The position numbers and the translations under genes are program-made. Shown here in pieces: positions 53,401 to 64,000 of a stretch of 64,000 bases of DNA. The notes below the pieces were generated by a model that saw nothing but the letters and a program-made list of their open reading frames with translations, was not told where the DNA came from and made no database searches. The stretch is from Camelus ferus. Lineage: Eukaryota. Where the stretch lies: contig NC_045696.1 in the NCBI RefSeq assembly GCF_009834535.1, positions 73,658,001-73,722,000 on the forward strand, written 5' to 3'. How positions within the stretch are numbered: the stretch's first letter is position 1; each line of letters opens with the position of its first letter.

Positions 53401-56400
53401 CAAGGGCAACAAGAACAAATTAACTGTATATTTCAGAGAATGCTGACATTAACTTTAGATGGAAGCTGACTTCCTATAACTGCTGCCGGGGGCAAGGAGA
53501 AAGGAGAAAATGATGTGCTTGTTTTCCACCTATCTTGGTGTGTGTGTGTTTTGTCTGGGGATAGGCAGGCTGAGAAAGGCATTCTTGCATTGAATTCTAA
53601 AGAGAAAAAGCAGTAATTCCAAAGAACAGAGTAAAATAGGAATAAATGCAGAACACAAATCACTGTCAAATTATTAAAAACTCCAAATTATTCAAGTTTT
53701 GATTAACACCATGCAGAAATCTCTTCCTTTAACAAACCCTTTCATGTTACTTCCTTTGCTATTTATGTCCTTTGACTTAGTGATGAACCACCACCCATCT
53801 AGTTAATAAATTATGTTGTAATTTATCCTATATCAAGCCCATACTTATAGCTTAAATCTTATTTATAAAATATAGCCAGAAAGTTTATGCACTGCTATGC
53901 CAACTTCAAAAAACAAAACAATCTCTTCATCTAAAAGATATTTCTAAAACTAAAGAGAAGTTTTCAAAAAGAAGGGAAAATAATAAACATTTTCTAGGAA
54001 AATTTCTATTTTGACCATATTTAATTCCTTTTAAATTTACAACTATTTTTAAAACATGAACTTTTTTTTTTTTAAGAGTGGGAACTAATACCCTTAACCA
54101 GTTTTCTCAAATGTCTCTACAACCACTAAACTTAAAATAGTAAAGATACTGGAATTTACAGTCTTTATTTGGGGAAAACACAAGAATTTGTTTTGGAAAG
54201 AATGCAAAATTGATTAGTTTAAAAGGGGTTTATTTCTGGTGAACACAATTTCTTCACTGTGGGTATACAGCATGATTCTCTGTACATATGAAATGGAATT
54301 ATGTTCGAAATAGTATAGACAACAGCAAACAAGTTTCTTTGAAGTTACTAAAAATTGTATCTACTTAAATTAACAATCTAAAGCTAAGTAAGTACTATTA
54401 ATTTGAATAGTTAGTAGGTTTAAGGGAAAAGGCATCACACTACAATAAACAAACAAAAACATAACATGCATTCCTCTTATTATGAAAAAGACACTTTTCA
54501 AGTATTTTTCTCATTTATACTTTTTTTTTTAAACTGTGGGTATTAGAATTCCCACAAAAATGAGGTGCTGAATCCAGATATAGTAAGCAGGCACCATGCA
54601 AAAGCTGCCCAGTTTTGCCAATCAACCTCAATCACAATCTATAATATAGTCCCTGGCATTGGCAGGCCCCAACTCAAGTGTGTAGACTCTGCCAAGTGGA
54701 CAAAATAATGATCTTCTCAACAGTATTTCAATGTAAAAAACTGAGACACAACATTAGTTCAATTAGACAGGTTACTAAACATATGTGAAGGAAGAATGCA
54801 TTTTCTTAATAGTAGTCTTATTAGTTGAGTAAACAATTTATGCAATGCACATCTTGAATGTATATGCACACATGTGTACATGTCAGTATAATATATTTAG
54901 GAAGCAGACACATGACAATTTTTTTTTCATGCTTGTGACCTGGTGTTGTCAACAGGTCCACTCAAGTTACCTGGCTGTCTATCTTCTGCCTGACCCCTGA
55001 AACGACGCCTGCGGCTACGATTGCGTCGCTGGGGTTTTTTTTCACTATCATCTGTAATTGCAAAGTTTACCATGAACTATTCTGACAAAAACAAAGCAAA
55101 ACACAAGGCAAAAAAAACAAAAACAAAAACAAAAACAACCACACAAAGACAAAAAAAACCCTAAAAAACTTCTTTCATTTAAAGATTGAAGGAAGGAGAA
55201 AGAGAACCTTTTAATTAAACAGTAAAGATAAACAACACACATTACTCACAGGAAAAATACTTCTGTAGTTTTAAGCATTCCAACTAAATTAAAAATGGAA
55301 TTATTATCTGGAAATTAAGAGCGTTTTAACTCTTGATTAAACAAACTCTAAGACTTAATTTAAATTACCATCATTCAGGGATAAAGTTTTCCTCTCCAAT
55401 ACTGTTAAGTTTTTACCAAAATTAATGACATTTTAGCCCTTTGGAAATTAATGCCTACTCAGTATACACACCTTCATTAGTGTCATTTATAGTAATATTT
55501 AAAAAGACAAGATGAAAGCCCAATTTTGGTTTATGAACAGTGAGACTATTCAGAGCCTTGCAGTTTGAGTATTTATATTGTTTTAATGGCATCAAAGGGC
55601 ACTTTAATAAACCCTCCCAGTCTCAAAAAAAAATTGGCCATACAAATCTGAGAACTAGACATTTAAGACAGACACAAAGCCATCTACTTCGTCTGAAGTA
55701 AACACTGTGAATTGCATATGTCTGGGATCTTTTTTTGCAAAAAGCATCATACATTAACAATATTATACAATAATATATGTCTTTTCCCTAAGTGCTTACA
55801 TACCTAGCCCATTTTCATTAACTGAAGCTGTATCAGATTCAGTCATCCCATCCATCAGAACAGCATCTTCATCAGTCCTTCGTCTACGAGACCGCCTACG
55901 ACGGTTAGTACTGTGATGAGATTCGCTGGCATCAGTGTCTGCAGTCTGATCTGATTCTGTATTATCAAGTAAGCTGTATGGATTGCTGTCTGGATCTTTG
56001 AGCACTATATGCATGTCAGAGGCAAGAAATATTCGTTTAAGAGAGCTGCATTTATTAGGAATGTTTTGATCTACATTGAACTACATCAATTAATGATAAA
56101 CTTCAGTTTTCCCCCAATAAAAGTATACTCTTGTCTTCAGATAAAATGTTTTATGTATCACTATTTTACCTGAAAAATAGCAAGTATGAAAAAATTTTAA
56201 ATGGCGATGAAAAATTAAAGCAGATCAGGACACCTTGACTTTCTACCATTTCTCTTTGACCTGTTTTGAAAACGTATTAGGAAATAGTATATTATAACAC
56301 GATATTTTTTACATTCACATTCCTAACTAATCCTATCCAGAGGCTAGAGAAATAAAAAATGAAGAAAAACAAATCAGCTAATATGAATTAATCCCAGAAA

Positions 56401-59400
56401 AGCTTTTTGTCTCCATAAATGAGTTCAAGGTGGCTGCTGCTGCTTCATGCCAATGTTGATGAACTATTTCCAAATAATACTCAACACCTGCACTCCATGA
56501 CATAATAGAAATGCCACTGTGAACTGAAACAAGCAAAACAAGTCTACACAAAAATGCACACTGAGAAGTTTGAAATTCTAACTGGTTATAGGAAAATATG
56601 GAAATGAATGTTGACTAGTATTCCCATCTCTAGAAAACAAAGAGCGAAGGTGGGGTAAGGTGGGGTGAGAATGGGAAAAGAAAGGTTTTAAGATACAGTT
56701 CAAAAGAAAAAAATTACCCATCTTACCTATGTGCATTTACTGCCTCCACCAATCAAATTATAGAAGAAATTCACCTAATCACGATTTTTCCTAAGTTTCC
56801 TTTGGTAACAGCTAGCAAGCTAGCATCTTTACAAAAGACACTAAGTTTATCCATTAATCATAAACACTATGTAAAGTACATTTATTTTGTAATTCGGCAT
56901 ACTATTAATTTTATAAACCTCGGTAACAGCAATGTACTAAAATTTATAAACTATTTCCCTTAAAGGCTATAAACTAAGTTTAGGATTTAAAGAATATCAG
57001 TGGAACTAAAGAGTACCTTTTTAAACATCTCTAAAAAAACATGCTAGGAACAAGTTTTCTGGTAATTTGTAAGCATGTTTGGTTATATGTAATTACATAT
57101 ACGTATGTTCTATAACATTTAAAATACTATATAAACTTTCATAGGATGTACATTGTAACATTAAGAAAAGAGTGGTTTTCTTAAAAGTGCCAGATAATAA
57201 TATGTTAAGGTTACATCCCTGATAGAATCTAGTCCATATATCCCTTAACAATTCTCCCCCCAGCACATTGCTAAGCAAGAACATTCTGTCCAACTCCTAC
57301 CAATTCCATTTAAGTTATAGCATTTCAGCTTTCAGAAAGATATAAGCAAAAGCTGGTTGGTTATACACCTCAAATCTCAGTCTTCTGAACACTTCTCTTT
57401 AAAGGTCAATTCCTCAAACATTTAAAAGAAAGTTTTAAAGAAGGTGATTTCCCAGTTTTTCCCTGTTCCCCAAGTGGTACAGAGTATAGCAAAAAATGTT
57501 TTTCAGTTAATTTTCAATACTAAGTATACAAAAGTATTTAGAGCTCTGTGTGCATTAGAATTCTCTGGGTCTGTCTGGCAAACAGAAATACATAACCCAA
57601 AAATTCTAAGCGGAAAAAAAATTCTAATCACCTAAGCCCCCAAAAACTGAATGGATAAAACATCTGACCAATGAAACAGAGAATCAGCCAACTAAAGTTA
57701 CTCTGACCTGAATATTCTAGCTAAAACCTCACTGAGAAACACTCTATAGGGCTTTTCCTTATACTGCTATGTGTACATACGTTCCACTATTTTCCTCAGT
57801 CAGTAAAAAGTGGAAACATGAACTTCCAAAACTGGGTGGCCCTGGGAAACAAATTAACTTGTATAAAGTTATACTGTTTACAAAAAAAGGATGCTGACAT
57901 AGTACATAAAAGACTACCAGAACTGATGGACGATTTGCCACCACGTGGTCCACCACGACCTCGACCCCCTGAAACACTTCTGCCTCTTCCTCCTGGGCGT
58001 CTCCTGCTGTCACGCTGATGCCGGCTCTCTCGATCATCTTCTCCTGCCAATGACCAATCACTCAGCTCGTCTTTACGCTCTGATTCTGTTTCAGATGGAT
58101 TAGACAGCTCAGAGTTTGTACCTTGGGAAAGAAGAGAACATGAGCCAATTATAATTCTATAAAAAACAAAGTAAAATCATTCATAATTATTTCCTACAAT
58201 TCACTGTTTAACCCTACTGACTGGCTGCTCTGAAAAAAGGAAAATAAAAATAAATTTGCAATTTGTTAACTAAGAAATAATGAAGTGTTTATATTATATA
58301 CTAGTAATGTAACACCTACCAGAGTCAGACTAAAAATTGTCTAGATGTGCAGAAAGTCAATAAAATTTTACAGAAAACATACAAAACATTTAATACAGTA
58401 TGAAAATGCACTTTATTAAGGAATACCAAAAAATTTTTTGCCCATTTTTAGGTTTTTAACAAATTGTTAGCATAATAAAAATAACCATAATCCAATATTT
58501 AAAAGCAAGTTTAATTATATTTATAAAAATTAATAATTTAGTTGTATAGTGTCTTCTACCATTACTTCACTGATTCTAGGCAGCACTTTTTTCCCCCACA
58601 TTTAACATCTCTGAAATCAAGTATTTCTTATAATTGATGGTCATAAGATGGGAGTGTATATAAAATAACAGTATGTTTTAAGCATAATAATGTCTTCAAT
58701 TAGAAGAATACCGTATGTGAAATCACTGAACAAATTTTAGATGGTTATTCTGAGAAGAGACTTTAAATTTGAAGCCATTACCAGTGAGACAAACATTCAG
58801 ATTCACTTTAAAAGTTTACACTATTTCTAACATACCAATGAGTTAATTTAACAGTGACCTTTTAAAAATGTAAACACTGCAAAGACTCCATAAAAGCCTA
58901 CAGTATCATTATATCACAATTAAAGTGTCAGATTTATATGAGCCAATCACTATCATACTTTTCCCTACTTTTATTCTTTGTTAGTCCTGGGATGGTACTT
59001 CTTCCATCCTTCTCTTGTATCATACAGGTAATCTGCTTTTCAAAAGTTCACTACACACCACTTTGCTTTCATAAAAGACCTATATTAGTACCTGTTTTCA
59101 CCAACCAAAAGAAATCCAAAGATTTTCACTTCCAGGAAAAAAAAAAAAAGGCACAAAGAGAAAATAGCGTTCAGTATTTGTTTTAGAGTAAGCCATCATA
59201 GATGCAGCGAGCACCCCAGTGAAAGTGGCACTGCCCAGATCCTTCCTAGGGAACTAAACCTCAGCATCTCAGCATCAAGCCGCCATAGCTTTGAACTTTG
59301 TGAACATCTATGCTTTATCTCAATTTATTTTGTGCATCTATTAGCAAGATGTGTCCTAAGGTAACTGCTTCTTCACATTATGCCATTTCAGCTTAAAATA

Positions 59401-62400
59401 GGTTGCAAAGGAACACTCTACTTTCCGATAGTATGGGAAATCTATACATTCAAATATATGTCCTTCAAAGCCCAGTTCAATGTCTTTAACTTCAGATCAA
59501 TTTAACTGTGAACAGACCTCTCCACTTACTTCCTTAAAAGTAATGTGCATCTATCATGCTGTACTGTCATGTGCTGTTTTCTATCTTTCTCCGTTTGGAT
59601 TTACTTCCCACTTGGTCTGTAATATATTTAAAGGGTAGAGCTCTGTCTTAAACCTCTAAATGCCCCCAGAAGCCTAGCAATGTGCATTATCAATTTCCTC
59701 TTGATAAATGAATTTGCTGCCTGATTTTGAAGTTCCTTTGCTAAACTCCAAACGTGAATGACTACATGATAAGCTAAAAATACCCTATATTAACGCCACA
59801 GTCATTGATGATAAAAGCAAACCAAAAGATTTTCAGATGCACAAAGTTGTAAGTACTAAGGTACAGGGAACAAAATGTAAAGTTTAACAAGTGAAGAAGC
59901 CTACCAACTTTCTTTCTCCTTTAAAGATAACTCAGTCCATCTTTTTTTCCCTCCATATGCCATTAAATATGGATGTAGCTAGTCAATTATGTAAGAATGG
60001 ATTCAGTAGCAAATTAGAAGTACATTTCAGGAAAACCACAGCAAGCTTCTATTATTCACATAGGAGTCTTTGTTAAGAAATGTTCTCCCAAAACACTTAT
60101 TTTTCCAAATGACAAAAAAACTTCATTAACTGATGTCATGGTTTAGTGGAAGTAAGGGCAATTTATCATTTCATAAGAAGCTAAAAAAAAAAAATTACAC
60201 ACATATATACCCTGCCTGAAAACATAACCAATTTGAAGGTAGTTGAGTAATTTTTAAAGATTTTAACAAAAGTTCCTATTGAATTCTCTTTAGAAATACA
60301 GTGTATTTAACTCAGCATCAAAGCAAAGAAACTCTTTAAGTTTAACCTAAATCTAGTATTCAAGATACTTAAAGAAGGTGTCTAACTCATAAACAGATTT
60401 CAGTAGATAAAGACAGCTATTAAGGTCAAAAACACAAAAAAACAGAAAGAGCTAATAAACTGAGTAGTGCTCCACTTTCTTAATATTAAACAACCCTTAG
60501 CCAATTTTGAGATGGCAAAAGGAACTATACAGATTAATTAAGGTTAAGGATATTGAGATGGGGGGATTATCTTGGTAAGGTCAAACTAATCACATGGGTA
60601 TCTGTGAACCACTCCCAGCTACAGAGAACCAGAGAAATAACAGCATAAGGATTCTTCATAGTTACAGGCTTATAAGATGGATGAAGTGGGGATGGAGAGG
60701 CATAAGCCAAGGAATGAAGGTGGCCTCTAGAAGCTGGAAATGTCAAGGGAACAGATGTTCCCCAAGAGCTTCCAAAACGGAATACATACATGCCAACTCT
60801 TAGACTGAGACTCCTATCAGATTTCTGACCTACAACTGAAAGACAATAAATTTGTGTTGTTCAAGCCTCTGAATTTGTTACAGAAGCAACAGAAAACAAA
60901 TACTCTGTTGAAATCATTGCAATCATTCCAATCTCTCAATTTTGTAAAATGTAAGTTCATGAATCAAAAAAGGTGGGGGGGGGGATGTTAAAAATGACTC
61001 ATGAAGCTGATTCAATCTTAAAGACTCCAAAAGATAGAAATGTTTTAAACAGAATTTTAAACCATATTTTCCTGTAAACTTCTAAAATCACCTTATGAAG
61101 ATGGTTCACATCCTTTTCAATGAATATGTATGCTAACGTCGTATTTCACCAAATCCAACATGCCATCCATTATAAATCATAGTACTCTGTGTGCCATTCA
61201 AGAAAATACTGCCAGTTAAAGTTCTAAGACATCATCCATTATAAGACATAGCAACTTCAGAGATGTTATATTGAGAAAAATAGCTTATATATATCATCAC
61301 CTAAAAATACTTCTGCTATTAAGTGCACAAGAACACCTATAATCAAATTCAAATGATTTTTATTTCTCTGGAGCCCACTTAAGTTCAACAGTTATTTCAA
61401 AAAATACAATGTTACTAGTCTGTAAAGATTCAGAGGTAAGAGTGCCATCTACTGAACAATTTATATAGCTTTCTTCACTCCAAATAATCCCCTCCCATTC
61501 TCATTTATTATCTTCTGTCAACAAAGCATTTTGCCAGAGTGACCTCTCATCAGTAAGTGGTCTCCCCAGAGGCTTATAAAATTCTTCAATAATTCATCAC
61601 CTGAAAAGCCAAATCTGATTATTTGTACTAGTAACGTATACCCCTAAAATCATTCAGTATGTACTCAATTTCTATTTAATTACTGGCTGTCTTTTGTATT
61701 AAATGTGTTTTCAGGAATGCAGTATTTTCCAATTCTCAGTCCTTCACATACAGACACATTTACTGGAATTTTACCTTTCAGGTTTCAACAGAGGGTTAAA
61801 TTTAAAATAATGAAAAGGGTGGAAGGGAAAATTAACTCTTCAACTCTACAACAAATGCAAGATAGCACAGATTTACTATATAACTCTAGCACTGGTAGAT
61901 GACTTCAGTCAAACATGAAATGTGGATGTGGAATCTGCACATTGTAACCCTTCATGTACTTCTACTTTCCCTAAATGCCTTCTATTCTGGAATAGGTGTA
62001 TGCAAATATTTTCCCACAGCAGTTAGGATGAGCAAAGAGGAGTAGAGAAGAGAGAAGGGAGGAAAAAAATCAGGTCACAGCTAAGATCCAAGTCCAAATG
62101 TAGAAAAATGGAAGAACTCCAAAGCTGAAGAAGAATAAGTAAGAAATTTAGGATTAGAGAATCAATGTTCATCAACTGTCCACCGGCCTGTTCCTACATG
62201 AGTCAGGCCCCATCCTCAGTGAATGTACTTTAGAAAAATGTTTATTTATAAAATGTTAATTAGTTCCTCACTTTTAAAGCCCTCATAATATTGAAATGCT
62301 ATATGACACGTATTCCATATGTGAGATATTAATATTCAAAACAGCCAAATGAACCAATAAAGTGTACTTTTAAAACTAGTACGTATTTGCTACATGCAGT

Positions 62401-63018
62401 CTAGGCACAGTGATTAGCATAATTTCATGTTCACTTTTCCTAGAGGCTAGGCAAAAGATAAATCCTAGTAGTATCACTACCATCACAAGGTTTTTAATGG
62501 AAATTGTATACAACTGTATGAGGGAAATATGTGGAAAACAAGCTGCATACATATTTATTCTAAATATTTAGAATAAACATGATCATGAGCTATAAACTTA
62601 ACAAAAACATTTCATTTCATTACACTGCTACTTGAACACTACATATCTTTTACTGTCATTAATACAGAGTATGCTGTCACAACTATTAAGACATAGACCT
62701 CAGAATCATCTCCTGCCCTCAAAGTCAAAAAGTGATGAACTAAATAATAATAAGCAAAATGTACTGGAGCACCTCAACTAGTATTACCCCCAAAAAAAAT
62801 GTTTTATTACCATAACCGGAGGTGTAATTAGGGCCCCGACGACCTCTGCCTCTTCCACTATAAGACCTAGAACCTTGTACAGAAGAGACGGTACTTTCAT
62901 CAGTGGCATATCCTTTCTCTTTTTCAGGCCCTCTGGTGGAAGAAGGTCTGAAACCCATACCAATCTGTCGTAGCTGTTCATCAATCTGTAGGCGTTCCAT
63001 TCTTAGCTGTTCTACTTC
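50325..63018 (-). CDS. FXR1: FXR1 (FMR1 autosomal homolog 1), 3' portion; 5' exons lie beyond the window
   Basis: Exons 63018-62961, [62960-62874 retainable], 62873-62811, 58121-57918, 56004-55804, 55051-54971, 51377-51286, 50495-50325 join in frame with GT-AG sites: [20 protein letters not shown]...RGG box...EAAVLNGVS*. Confidence 0.97.
51286..51377 (-). CDS. FXR1: FXR1 92-nt alternative exon
   Basis: caacAG|TC ... ATG|GTaagg; (V)[30 protein letters not shown]. Confidence 0.95.
54971..55051 (-). CDS. FXR1: FXR1 81-nt muscle-specific alternative exon
   Basis: attacAG|AT ... CCAG|GTaact; [27 protein letters not shown]. Confidence 0.93.
55804..56004 (-). CDS. FXR1: FXR1 201-nt exon
   Basis: atatAG|TG ... 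CTAG|GTatgt; [19 protein letters not shown]...RRRRSRRRR...VNENGL. Confidence 0.96.
57918..58121 (-). CDS. FXR1: FXR1 204-nt RGG-box exon
   Basis: cccaAG|GT ... TCTG|GTagtc; [29 protein letters not shown]...[17 protein letters not shown]. Confidence 0.95.
59025..59444. mobile_element. Tigger-type (Tc1/mariner) DNA transposon remnant
   Basis: TA|CAGGTA... start and degenerate ...GGGAAATCTA|TA end. Internal AAAGACCTA.ATTAGTACCTG. Subfamily uncertain. Confidence 0.55.
60540..60905 (+). mobile_element. MaLR (MLT1-type) LTR
   Basis: GGATATTGAGATGGGG..ATTATC, GCCAAGGAATG.AGGTGGCCTCTAGAAGCTGGAAA, AATAAATTTGTGTTGTT.AAGCC...AGCAACAGAAAAC.AATAC. Confidence 0.8.
62811..63018 (-). CDS. FXR1: FXR1 exon block: 58 nt + retainable 87 nt + 63 nt
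   Basis: attatAG|GAA ... TATG|GTaata; [20 protein letters not shown][[29 protein letters not shown]][20 protein letters not shown]. Confidence 0.95.
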
Positions 63019-63830
63019 CTATAATCAAAACAAAAAAGTGTAAATCTTACATATATTTTTTTTGTCTTCCTAAAGCCTAGAGATCAAGCTATACTCCCTA
63101 CCAATAAAAGAGGCTGCGATCTGGGGCTGTTATTAGGTAAAGTGTAACTGTGTTCCTAGTGAATTTATGTTTTAAAATGTCCCAACCATACTAAATGCAA
63201 AAAAGACATGGACTCTCCTCCTTTAAGGGAATGTTTACAGACAAGCATCAAAATAACCTAGAGAATGTTTAACAGTCAAGTGTTAAAATAACCTGTTTAT
63301 TAAATAGCTAATGATTACACAGTATTACCAGATCTAACCCTCAAGGAGTAAAAACTGCTAAAGGAGGTAAGGTACCATTAATAACCTGCTTTCCTATCAA
63401 AATAGTGACACACTAGAGTTGTCACTTAGATGAACTGGGAGACTTGGTCATTCAGAAATTAAGGTCAGAAACAAAGGTAAGGTGTCTAGAGAAAGCGCTT
63501 GGCTAAAAGGTAGTAGAGTTGTGGAATATAAAACATGGAATGCCATATTGAATTGAGACCTAAAGATGAGTTTCAAAAGAAAGGAATGACATTATCAGGG
63601 ACACTTTCAAAATACTAACATAGCAGCAGTAGTACAAGTGACTAAAAGGAAAACATACTAGAGACAGAGCAGATGAGGTACTATATGCTAAACAAGAAAA
63701 ATACAGCACAAATAAAAATTGAGTATAAAACAACAACTCCAACTTCTAATAATTTATAGGGCATTTCTTTTAGTTCTAAAACCTTTGCTCTTTACTTACC
63801 AACTCAATAGTATATAAAGAACAACGGGTT

Positions 63831-63950
63831 AAATGTGACAATGAATATATGTATGTTCATGTATAACTGAAAAATTGTACTCTACACTGGAATACGACAC
63901 AACATTGTAAAATGACTATAACTCAATAAAAAAAAAAGTTAAAAAAAAAA
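63831..63950 (+). mobile_element. Extreme 3' end of the same young L1 family (~120 bp)
   Basis: Near-identical to 10163-10273 (AAATGTGACAATGAATATAT...CATGTATAACTGAAAAATTGT...ACACAACATTGTAAAATGA...TCAATAAAAAAA). Confidence 0.9.
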
Positions 63951-64000
63951 GAATGATGGTTAAGGATTATCAAATGATGTCTATGAGGGTACTGCATCTA

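Overview
Mammalian genomic DNA, most likely a camelid, since it carries three tRNA-derived SINEs of the camelid vic-1 type and I saw no Alu, Bov-A, PRE or CAN SINEs. Bases 1-~28.3 kb are a dense nest of LINE-1 copies. These include a young full-length 7.8-kb L1 (2474-10287; 14-bp TSD; ORF1 and ORF2 carry only a few lesions) inserted in an older L1. Bases 28-37 kb are intergenic with MaLR LTRs, L2 and MIR. The complete six-exon DNAJC19 (TIM14/PAM18) CDS lies on + at 37458-41539 behind a CpG-island promoter. The 3' part of FXR1 lies on -, convergent with it (coding exons 63018 down to 50325), and all four known alternative segments (87, 78, 81 and 92 nt) can be read from the sequence. I found no evidence for a wholly new multi-gene system. 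The best unannotated-looking signals are small: a TSD-flanked retroposed 21-nt tRNA-Arg(CCT) 3' fragment with CCA and A-tail (17308-17345), a probable CSDE1/UNR 3'-UTR retrocopy (~11215-11490), an L1 carrying an apparently foreign polyadenylated 3' tail (23709-24035), an overlapping uORF in DNAJC19, and a candidate poison or alternative exon in FXR1 (53530-53596). Repeat family names and gene identities come from recall, not database searches. Boundaries of old repeats are approximate.
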